This document shows, one piece after another, positions 19,337 through 27,885 of a DNA stretch of 64,000 bases (position 1 is its first letter; every line of letters starts with the position of its first letter). Made by a program: the position numbers and the translations under genes. The notes under the pieces are model-generated. The model searched no databases, had not been told where the DNA came from, and saw nothing but the letters and a program-made list of their open reading frames with translations. The stretch comes from an uncultured virus (IMG/VR IMGVR_UViG_3300034683_000137). Lineage: Duplodnaviria; Heunggongvirae; Uroviricota; Caudoviricetes. Location of the stretch: IMG/VR virus record IMGVR_UViG_3300034683_000137. The stretch is one strand, 5' to 3'.

Positions 19337-21238
19337 TTATATCTTTTGCAACCCAGGCATAATTATAGGATCAGTATTTCTAAGAGACTCTAAGAAAATT
19401 GCAACTTCTCCTTTCAGAGCATCATGAACTTCCAATAGATCCATCCTGTTATATTTTGTTTGCATTACATGCTCCAAATATGCTGTCATATCACTTACCA
19501 CCTGTTCTGAATATAATGCAGGTTCATATTCATAAGTAAATGCTATTTTGTCATCTTTAGCTCTATATCCATGTTTATATATTACCCATGATACTGTTTC
19601 AATCAATCTATTAGCTGCTGTTTTTGCTGCATAATCAGATGTACATTTTACATAAAAATATAAATAGTTATCACTATCAAATGCAACTGCACATAACCTA
19701 TATTGAGCATTTGAATATATAGCATCTAGGTTTTTGATTGCATTAAAGAAATTACTATCTGACGCTTTATCTCTTTTAAATAACAGTATATGACGCATAT
19801 CATAACTATTAAGTAAATTAATTTCAGCAAGCAAAGCATCTTTATCAGCATCAGGTACATCATATGGAACACTTAACTTACCTTTGAATACATTGGATTT
19901 ACGTTTATATATAGCAGATGAATCTTCTTCTATAGGAACTCCGTTAACTTTTAAAACATATTCTGATGCTATACTATTTTGATATAGTATTAATATTGTT
20001 ATTACATCATTTTTATCACATGGATATACGAACCTAATTTGTTCATTTTCTATAGTATATGCTGCATCATAGATCTCCAGCAAACCATTTCTGAATACCA
20101 TAATATCAAAAACATTATTGTTATAATCATCACTTATGTCAAATATATATTGTCCCAAATCAGCGACAGATGTTATTCTTTTCATATCCAACCATGTATA
20201 ATTAGGATTTATATTCACATAATTATTAATCGTTATAATATCATTTTCATTACATCCATAATTAAATACAATTGATTTGGTATCAAAGACAAAAATATAA
20301 TCTAATCCTTCTACTTGTTGCAATCCATTTCTAAATACAATTATATTAGACATTCCTTCAACATATATATCTGTTATATCATATACTGTTTGATTTTGCG
20401 TTGCTATTAACGTCTTAGTATTCACATTTATAGTAGTAATATCATCATATTTTCTATAGAAATTATATATTGTTATTACATCATTTTTCCTACATGGAAA
20501 ATTGAAAATCAGTCTTTTATTAATAACATCTATAGTATAATCTAATGATTCAATCATATGCAAACCATTATGATATATATCAAAATATATACTACTTGCT
20601 TCACAACAATCAGATATATCGAATATGCTCTGATTGGCTTCTGCTATTTTATAAACTCTGTGCAATAATACATATTCTTCTAATGATTCTGATACTGTTA
20701 TACCACCAGCATCAGTTACACTGCATGCTATTCTATAAGTACCATTACCCATTGCAATTAAAAATAATCTATCATCTTCTGCAAAAAACATATATGGATG
20801 TTCTGAAAATACATTCCAGGAATATTCAAAAGGTGGAATACCACAATCTGGTATATCGACTGAAAAAGAAGCATAGCTGGGAATATAACTAGTTTCTGCT
20901 CTATTTAATTTAATACGTGGTCTAGTTCTAAACAATGTGCCATCATCAATAGATTCTATTGTAATAGTTTTACTAATCGTACTATAAATATGTTTTTGCA
21001 TATTATAGTTGTAATCATAAAGATTAACAGTACAAGTTACATTTACAGTTTGATTATATTTTAAATAAAAGATAAATTTACTTGCATTTTGCTCTGCGTT
21101 AAATACTACATCTGGATTGTCTACAGAAAATATATACTCTCTATATTCCCAAGGTTCTATATCTGTAACATATGCTATGACTATATACTGCGATGGATTT
21201 AATCCAACACACGCATAATCTAGATTTAAATTTGCCAT
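19337..21238 (-). CDS. virion structural protein with three repeated beta-domains
   Basis: three repeats of Q..FDI...VFRNGL....DY......I.F...C..ND.ITI. Confidence 0.65.
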   Translation of the reverse strand: MANLNLDYACVGLNPSQYIVIAYVTDIEPWEYREYIFSVDNPDVVFNAEQNASKFIFYLKYNQTVNVTCTVNLYDYNYNMQKHIYSTISKTITIESIDDGTLFRTRPRIKLNRAETSYIPSYASFSVDIPDCGIPPFEYSWNVFSEHPYMFFAEDDRLFLIAMGNGTYRIACSVTDAGGITVSESLEEYVLLHRVYKIAEANQSIFDISDCCEASSIYFDIYHNGLHMIESLDYTIDVINKRLIFNFPCRKNDVITIYNFYRKYDDITTINVNTKTLIATQNQTVYDITDIYVEGMSNIIVFRNGLQQVEGLDYIFVFDTKSIVFNYGCNENDIITINNYVNINPNYTWLDMKRITSVADLGQYIFDISDDYNNNVFDIMVFRNGLLEIYDAAYTIENEQIRFVYPCDKNDVITILILYQNSIASEYVLKVNGVPIEEDSSAIYKRKSNVFKGKLSVPYDVPDADKDALLAEINLLNSYDMRHILLFKRDKASDSNFFNAIKNLDAIYSNAQYRLCAVAFDSDNYLYFYVKCTSDYAAKTAANRLIETVSWVIYKHGYRAKDDKIAFTYEYEPALYSEQVVSDMTAYLEHVMQTKYNRMDLLEVHDALKGEVAIFLESLRNTDPIIMPGLQKI

Positions 21239-21262
21239 ATTGTATCATTCTCTCCTATCATA

Positions 21263-21742
21263 TTATAGCAAAGCTATTATTAATGCTATACCAAGTATAG
21301 ATGTAGATGTTTTATATACTTTAGATTCAAACTTTAAGATATTATTTTCACTTTTAAGTAAGGCTATCTCTTTCTCTGTTGCTGCTATATATTGCTCCAA
21401 TAAATCAGCTTTTTGTTCATATTTAAGATATAGATCTTTATATATCTGTGCAATTTTATCATTGGTGTCCTTTTCACGTTCATATGCTTCTTTATATGCA
21501 TCACGCTCTGCTTGTATACGTTGGAGATCTGCTTTTAATATTTCTATACCAGAAGCAACATCTGTTGCATCATTTTGAGTCAAATAAAACCCTGGTCCTA
21601 CTTTAATACTTTTTCCATCAGGTAAAGAAAGTATACCACTCTCTATTTTCATACCTAATGCCAGAGAGGGACTTACCATTATCAATACAAATATTAAACA
21701 AAATATAGTTAATAATACCATTCTCTTCATGAATATCTTCAC
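21263..21742 (-). CDS. signal-peptide, coiled-coil membrane protein (spanin-like?)
   Basis: N-terminal hydrophobic segment, coiled coil, C-terminal hydrophobic tail. Confidence 0.5.
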   Translation of the reverse strand: MKIFMKRMVLLTIFCLIFVLIMVSPSLALGMKIESGILSLPDGKSIKVGPGFYLTQNDATDVASGIEILKADLQRIQAERDAYKEAYEREKDTNDKIAQIYKDLYLKYEQKADLLEQYIAATEKEIALLKSENNILKFESKVYKTSTSILGIALIIALL

Positions 21743-21776
21743 CTCATAACAAATAACATAATAATATCTAAATAAG

Positions 21777-22220
21777 CTATTTTGCTTTTTTCTTCTTTTT
21801 AGCTACATCAGCAGCAAAGTCAAAAGCATCTAGTATATCTTGATCAGATTCAATAGGTTTTGGCTCAATTTTCTGAGCATCTTCCAGTTGTTGATTTAAA
21901 TCAGCTTCTATATCTTCTCTTTCATCCATTACTTGATCAAATTGTTCCTTATTTTCTTTTACTGCTTCATCTACTTTGTGCATTTCATCTTTTAACTGTT
22001 CTTTTTGTTCTTCAAGCTCATCTATCTTTTCATCTATATCTTTATTTGATTTCTTAAATAAAAGTAGGATAAATGCAATGACACCTAGCAAAGCAATAAC
22101 TATATCTTTTAGAGTCTTATGCTTACTGAAACTATAAATACTAAGAGCAATGACAGCTATTATTATCAAGCTTAATATAATATCGTTAGAAATCACATAG
22201 TTAATAATATCTCCTATCAT
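21777..22220 (-). CDS. two-TM plus coiled-coil membrane protein (possible lysis component)
   Basis: two hydrophobic helices followed by a charged coiled coil. Confidence 0.5.
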   Translation of the reverse strand: MIGDIINYVISNDIILSLIIIAVIALSIYSFSKHKTLKDIVIALLGVIAFILLLFKKSNKDIDEKIDELEEQKEQLKDEMHKVDEAVKENKEQFDQVMDEREDIEADLNQQLEDAQKIEPKPIESDQDILDAFDFAADVAKKKKKAK

Positions 22221-22283
22221 TTGTCATAATAGACAATAAAGTATATATTGTCTATTATTCACCTCCTGTTTTATCTTTTTATC

Positions 22284-22410
22284 GTAAACTATCTATAACT
22301 AAAATCTAAAAACATAGGCTTCTTCCTGCTTCATTGACTGTTACCCAAAAATCTGAAGTCTTACATGATCTCCAAAGGCATTGCTTTGGACAGTTCTTTC
22401 CCTAGTTATA
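22284..22410 (-). pseudogene. 3' remnant of a tnpB element (omega-RNA scaffold and degenerate right end)
   Basis: - strand encodes TVQSNAFGDHVRL..*QSMKQEEA, like TnpB C-termini, then a degenerate hairpin and TAGTTTAC. Confidence 0.6.
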
Positions 22411-22414
22411 TTGT

Positions 22415-22531
22415 TTATCGTATCAATAATATTATTAAATCGTATTGATTGTGAATATCTCCAGATAATTCTCCCCAATCAATAGTTAATTTCAATTGAT
22501 CTTTAGATAGTAATGTCTTTTCTACTGGCAT
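22415..22531 (-). pseudogene. 38-aa truncated ORF with a tail-protein-like WG.I.G.I..Q.DL motif
   Basis: SD AGGAGG; MPVEKTLLSKDQLKLTIDWGELSGDIHNQYDL; ends next to the tnpB remnant. Confidence 0.45.
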
Positions 22532-22628
22532 TTATGTTTAGTCCTCCTTTTAAATTAAGAACATGATAAATAAATATTGATTTAAACAATACTCTTATAA
22601 TTATAAACAATTTTAAAAACTTTTATAA

Positions 22629-23090
22629 TTAAAATACATAGTATGCATCTACTACATTAGATGTAGGATTATATCCACCACCAAATAGAGCATAATTACC
22701 TACAGTAGTAGCTGCGAAAAGATATCTAGCTACACTTAATGGTGTAGGTGTAGTTCTCGTAAGAGATGTATCATATGCATCTACTACATTAGATGTAGGA
22801 TCACTACCACCACCAAATAGAGCATAATTACCTACAGTAGTAGCTGCTAAAGTATTTCTAGCTATACTTAACGCAGTAACTGTAGTTCTAGTAAGAGATG
22901 TATCATATGCATCTACTACATTAGATAAACTACTACCAGTATATCCACCACCAAATAGAGCATAATTACCTACAGTAGTAGCTGCTAAATAACCTCTAGC
23001 TACACTTAATGGTGTAGCTGTTCCATAATAAGAAAGAATAGATGGAACATATTCTGTCTGTTCAGTCATAAACCATTGTACTTTAAGCAT
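22629..23090 (-). CDS. Kelch-like repeat protein (three blades)
   Basis: three copies of LS(V/I)AR...AATTVGNYALFGGG...SNVVDAY. Confidence 0.75.
   Translation of the reverse strand: MLKVQWFMTEQTEYVPSILSYYGTATPLSVARGYLAATTVGNYALFGGGYTGSSLSNVVDAYDTSLTRTTVTALSIARNTLAATTVGNYALFGGGSDPTSNVVDAYDTSLTRTTPTPLSVARYLFAATTVGNYALFGGGYNPTSNVVDAYYVF
22643..23020. repeat. near-identical ~138-144-bp coding tandem repeats
   Basis: CCACCACCAAATAGAGCATAATTACCTACAGTAGTAGCTGC recurs three times. Confidence 0.9.
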
Positions 23091-23198
23091 TTGTTCTTCT
23101 CCTTTTATTTAACATTTATAGTATTCTGTTAATTAATTTTATATTTTCTTATACTATAAACACAATCGAAATATATTTATTAAATAACTTTATAAATA

Positions 23199-23807
23199 TT
23201 ATTTATTTTTTAAATCATATTGCTTTTCTCTAATTTCCCAATTCTCACTGACTGTATCTAATGTAATTGTTTTTAACATATCAACATATGCTTTTATTTT
23301 ATCTGGAATATCCACTGCTGTTAATATAGCTTCCCATTCACCTTCAACAATATCTATAGGTATCTTTAGATAGTTATTATGATACATTTCATGAACAGAT
23401 TGACTTAATGGTATAAATCCAATCATATTTTCAAAATGCCATTTCATGACTTGATGAGCTATGTCAAAAGAAGTAAAGGAATCATTATTATATATAGCTA
23501 TCTGGATATAATTATATAACGATATTGGATAATGATGTAATTCAATTTTACATTCGTCACTAGTGTGCCCTGTTAAATAACAAACAAATCCAGTTCCTAA
23601 TGCTCCATGTACAAATCTTACCCATCTATCATATTCTGGAGATTTTCTTACTATCTTCTCAACTTCTCTAATAAATCTCTTCTCTTCTTTCTCTGTTAAA
23701 AAATCATCTGTATAAAATGATTCTTCACCATATATAGGACTTTCTAGAGTAGGATTATTAGTAATCATCTTTAAATCGTCTCTACTTCTGTCTTTATTAA
23801 ACACCAT
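23199..23807 (-). CDS. HNH-like phage protein
   Basis: CYLTG...IELHHYP...FIPLSQSVHEMYH. Confidence 0.5.
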   Translation of the reverse strand: MVFNKDRSRDDLKMITNNPTLESPIYGEESFYTDDFLTEKEEKRFIREVEKIVRKSPEYDRWVRFVHGALGTGFVCYLTGHTSDECKIELHHYPISLYNYIQIAIYNNDSFTSFDIAHQVMKWHFENMIGFIPLSQSVHEMYHNNYLKIPIDIVEGEWEAILTAVDIPDKIKAYVDMLKTITLDTVSENWEIREKQYDLKNK

Positions 23808-24400
23808 TCATCATCAGTTATAATCTCTTTCATCCTAAACACCTCCTTTTTATTTTCACCAAGAGTTGAATACATAGATAAAGCATAATCAAAGAAAGAA
23901 TACACTACAAAATTACTCACTTTGGATATAAATAATCCATACTTAGCATTTTGAATATCATAAAGTTTTATTATATTATCGTCTAATAATATAACAGTCT
24001 TTTTAGTAGAAAATTTCTCAATATCATTGCATGAAAATAATAATTGTTCATCTACTCCATTTAACTCTCTAATATATATTGCATCATCGTCATTTAACAT
24101 ATCATCATCGTTTACTATACATATAGTTACATCTTTAGGTAATAAACTATACAACATTCCATATTTATCATTAAATATAATTATCATATCAGTATCTAAT
24201 TTAGAAAAATTAACATTAGAATAAAAATATCTTAATTTAATTAAGTCATACATATCATTATCATTTGGTACATACACTTCATTATTCCAGCATAATATAT
24301 TATCATCTAATTTTGTTAAATTAAGATCAATATCTTCTTTATCAAGTTTTTTAATTTTCTTAAACGAGTCCTTATCATAAAAACTTAAGATATCTAACAT
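23771..24400 (-). CDS. hypothetical protein
   Basis: 209-aa ORF with SD. Confidence 0.65.
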   Translation of the reverse strand: MLDILSFYDKDSFKKIKKLDKEDIDLNLTKLDDNILCWNNEVYVPNDNDMYDLIKLRYFYSNVNFSKLDTDMIIIFNDKYGMLYSLLPKDVTICIVNDDDMLNDDDAIYIRELNGVDEQLLFSCNDIEKFSTKKTVILLDDNIIKLYDIQNAKYGLFISKVSNFVVYSFFDYALSMYSTLGENKKEVFRMKEIITDDEWCLIKTEVETI

Positions 24401-24414
24401 TATTTACCTTCCTT

Positions 24415-25311
24415 TTAATTTATTTTTTCTGAATATGTTTTATATTTAATATTTGATGTTGTTTGACATATATAAGAATAATCACAAAAGAAACACTTAC
24501 TTTTGTCTATATATTTGTTGGTTAATGGTGGTGGTACATTCATATCTATATGTCGTTTGAGATCATTGATATATTCTTTTATACTAATATCAACTTTATC
24601 GAGCAATTGTACAGTAATAGGAATATCAAATACTTTTATATCTATCTTACCCCTACTGACATACAACAATTGAACTAAATCAATATTATAATTCTTAAAT
24701 CTATTTAAAAAGTATGCATACATAATAGCTTGTTTCATATGTTCTGGTTTAGGTTTGTCTGGCAATACATCTATAGTTTTTATTTCAATTAAAGTTTTAT
24801 CATTAAGATGTATATCCATCCTAAAACTAATAGGAAAAGCAAATACATCTGTGATCTTTATCTTTTCTTCTTTATCAATACATGGTATCCTTTTCTGAAT
24901 AATAGAATGAATTGTATTTCCTACTTCTGTAACTATTTCTTCATAAGGATATATATAATTACGTTTACGCTCAGTATTGACAAAATCAAAATAAACCATT
25001 CTTATACAATTAACTAAATCAGTAACAGAGAGGTTTTCTTTTTGATAGGAATTTCGTTGTTTAACATGTTCCATATAATAGTCTCGCAAATATTCATCAA
25101 GTAGTTCTTTTGTAATCTTTGCAGGTATATTATTATTACTAATAATTGTATCAGTATTAGCTTGTTGCTTTATATCTAATGGAGCTTGTGCTGGTTTATC
25201 AACCCAAGCAATATTATCGCTATTTACATCCTTCTTAAGTTTCTCTACATCTTTAGCTTCTATTGTTTTCATTTCATCAATATACTTTAATACGTCTTCA
25301 GGTTTAATCAT
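24415..25311 (-). CDS. Cas4-like PD-(D/E)XK exonuclease
   Basis: SVTDLVNCIR, GNTIH, RMD..IEIKT, QAIMY, C-terminal CFFCDYSYIC. Confidence 0.85.
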   Translation of the reverse strand: MIKPEDVLKYIDEMKTIEAKDVEKLKKDVNSDNIAWVDKPAQAPLDIKQQANTDTIISNNNIPAKITKELLDEYLRDYYMEHVKQRNSYQKENLSVTDLVNCIRMVYFDFVNTERKRNYIYPYEEIVTEVGNTIHSIIQKRIPCIDKEEKIKITDVFAFPISFRMDIHLNDKTLIEIKTIDVLPDKPKPEHMKQAIMYAYFLNRFKNYNIDLVQLLYVSRGKIDIKVFDIPITVQLLDKVDISIKEYINDLKRHIDMNVPPPLTNKYIDKSKCFFCDYSYICQTTSNIKYKTYSEKIN

Positions 25312-25345
25312 GATAAATAATTAACCTCCCTACTAAAAATAGTAT

Positions 25346-25663
25346 TTAATTTACTATCACATCTGGAGATCCACTTATATGTTTACCAACTAATCCACAT
25401 TTCTTACACTTCGTGCTATCACCAATTCTTGTAACTGGTTTACTATTAACAAATACATTGGGTGATCCAGAAATTGATTCAAAAGTACCACCATGAGGAC
25501 AATTAGTTGGTCCTGTATCATTTACTCGATGTACTTTTTTACCATTAACAAAAACATTGGGTGATCCAGTAGCATTTGTACCCACTCTATGATGTGGACA
25601 ACAATCATATCCAGGGTTACAAGTATTTTCTTCTTCGTCTCCAATTCTTGTAACTTTTGGCAT
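25346..25663 (-). CDS. PAAR-repeat spike tip protein
   Basis: VTRIGD, GSPNVFVNGK repeated three times. Confidence 0.92.
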   Translation of the reverse strand: MPKVTRIGDEEENTCNPGYDCCPHHRVGTNATGSPNVFVNGKKVHRVNDTGPTNCPHGGTFESISGSPNVFVNSKPVTRIGDSTKCKKCGLVGKHISGSPDVIVN

Positions 25664-25700
25664 TATTATATTATCTCCTTTTCAGTATAATATAATAATT

Positions 25701-26846
25701 CTAATATCTGTTAATTTCCATTACTTCTATTACAATAGTTTCAGTGTTTGCTTTAGTATAGTTAACCTTTATCGTATGATTATCTATAACATCTATATCT
25801 TCAAAAATATCACCATTAATTAAAACAATAAAATCTTTAGATAAGTCCATTTCATCACTCTGCAATATTAATGGTGTTATTTCTCCACTTTCTGGTAATT
25901 CTACTTCAAATACTGTTCTATTTAATATTTGAGCTAACGATAAAGCACGATCTTCCTCTGCATACATATATGCAACTCTATCATTACGTTCTTCTTTAGA
26001 TATACCAATTAATTTAAATGATGCTGTTGGTGGTATATCTAGATCATAATTAGGAACAAACACATTATATATACTAACATCAAAATCTACTATGTCAAGA
26101 TCAGTATACAGATTATATAATGCAGGTAGTTCTATTTCATATGTTAACTCTCCAGTTAATGCATAATCACTTAAACCTGTACCACCATAAAATTCAGATG
26201 CATCTGTTAAACTTTCTAATCTAACTTGAACATCAGTATCAACTTGTAAATAATATTTATTCTTATTTATTGATCTTATTAGCATATTACTTAAATTAGT
26301 TTTAGACCAATCTAAAAACACAACACCCTCATCTGTGAATAATCTAACATCATCTTCAATTATTAAAAATTGCTTAATATGATTTAACATTATCCACTTT
26401 CCATAACCTCTAAAAGCATCCAGAAAAGCCATCTGAATATCATGTATTTCCATTAAAGAATGTGCAAACACTCTAATGTCAACACTACCAGTCATACGTC
26501 TTGTTACTATATCCAATGCTGATCCATCTTGAAAAATGAATGGTTGCTGAAACCATTTAGATTGAAATGGATGATATGTAGTATATCTAAAAGGAAAATC
26601 AAGTTCTTTCACCTGTTCTACTAAATTTGGAGTAAATACAATCATAGGCATTAATGGACCCTGTAATGTTATATTAGGATCAGCTTGTGATTGAAAAATT
26701 AATTGAATTGCCTTATCCATTGTTCCTACCATTGTGAAGTTAAATTTATAAACATTTGTATTAAAGAACGATCTAAGTGCATTTATAAATGGTCCAAATG
26801 TAGTATGTATATATGGAACTCTTTTAGATACTTTCTTATAAGACAA
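25701..26846 (-). CDS. hypothetical (probably virion structural) protein
   Basis: 381-aa ORF upstream of PAAR. Confidence 0.55.
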   Translation of the reverse strand: MSYKKVSKRVPYIHTTFGPFINALRSFFNTNVYKFNFTMVGTMDKAIQLIFQSQADPNITLQGPLMPMIVFTPNLVEQVKELDFPFRYTTYHPFQSKWFQQPFIFQDGSALDIVTRRMTGSVDIRVFAHSLMEIHDIQMAFLDAFRGYGKWIMLNHIKQFLIIEDDVRLFTDEGVVFLDWSKTNLSNMLIRSINKNKYYLQVDTDVQVRLESLTDASEFYGGTGLSDYALTGELTYEIELPALYNLYTDLDIVDFDVSIYNVFVPNYDLDIPPTASFKLIGISKEERNDRVAYMYAEEDRALSLAQILNRTVFEVELPESGEITPLILQSDEMDLSKDFIVLINGDIFEDIDVIDNHTIKVNYTKANTETIVIEVMEINRY

Positions 26847-26932
26847 ATTAATCTACCTTTCCTTATACCATATTACAAAAATATATTGAGTTATTATTCT
26901 AGTGGAAATACATTTCCATTACATAAAAGATT

Positions 26933-27883
26933 TTAAGGAGACAAATCTATTGGATAATCAATTAACATCCTCTTACCAGAAGGATAAACAAAGTTTTCAT
27001 AATATACTTTCAATAATTGAACTATATTGTCATCTTTATCTTTCTCATTATTAAGTGATTTTAAACTGCCTGTTGATATTATCCACAATATAGCATCTGT
27101 TAACAATAAACGTTCTTTGGTATCTAATCCTTTTTCTTCCAATATCTTAGATATATATCTTATAGTCTTTCCATCAATCAACATATCCATTATATCCAAT
27201 GCATATTTATCATAATATTTTGATGCATTTCTCAATAATATTAGTAAGTTAGCTGATGACAATTTAGTTCTATTATCAAGTTCATATAACAGATAAGATA
27301 CTTCATCAATAACATCTATAATCAAACTATTTAATTTGACAAAACTTATTAGAACACTATTTAAACAATCAAATACAGAACCCATCCAATGGTTTTTGAT
27401 GATATATATCAACCAATAGTTCTTGGGTAAATATTCTGATACCTTCAATAGAAAAACGTTAATCCTATTTATTTGTTCTGGTGTTTTATTGCTTTCTTTA
27501 TAGTTACTTACTTTTTCTAATATTCTTTTTTTATTGATTAATATACTGTATGTATCACTATCAAGTACCTCTTCAAACTCATCTAAATGATCAACTATAA
27601 ACATTAATACTTGTTCCCAATCAATCTCAAGAAGCATATTTTTAATGTCTCTATCATAATCCAAATAATCTTCTCTTGTTGCACTTTCTGCAAATCTAAA
27701 CTCATCAATGATACTATTCTTTTCTAATTCAAACAGTTTATCATACAACTTTCTGGTATCCTTGATATAAAGATAATCAATAAGTTCTTTTATAACAGGT
27801 GCAAAGATATAAGCACTTAATTGTATTTTATTATCTGTAAATATAACAGTCCTCTTCCATATCTCTATAAGTTCCTTTAACAT
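26933..27883 (-). CDS. hypothetical protein
   Basis: 316-aa helical ORF. Confidence 0.65.
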   Translation of the reverse strand: MLKELIEIWKRTVIFTDNKIQLSAYIFAPVIKELIDYLYIKDTRKLYDKLFELEKNSIIDEFRFAESATREDYLDYDRDIKNMLLEIDWEQVLMFIVDHLDEFEEVLDSDTYSILINKKRILEKVSNYKESNKTPEQINRINVFLLKVSEYLPKNYWLIYIIKNHWMGSVFDCLNSVLISFVKLNSLIIDVIDEVSYLLYELDNRTKLSSANLLILLRNASKYYDKYALDIMDMLIDGKTIRYISKILEEKGLDTKERLLLTDAILWIISTGSLKSLNNEKDKDDNIVQLLKVYYENFVYPSGKRMLIDYPIDLSP

Positions 27884-27885
27884 TG

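Noticed and set aside
22640..23020. CRISPR array or DGR template/variable repeat
   Set aside because: The repeats are in-frame coding units without unique spacers; no reverse transcriptase in the window.
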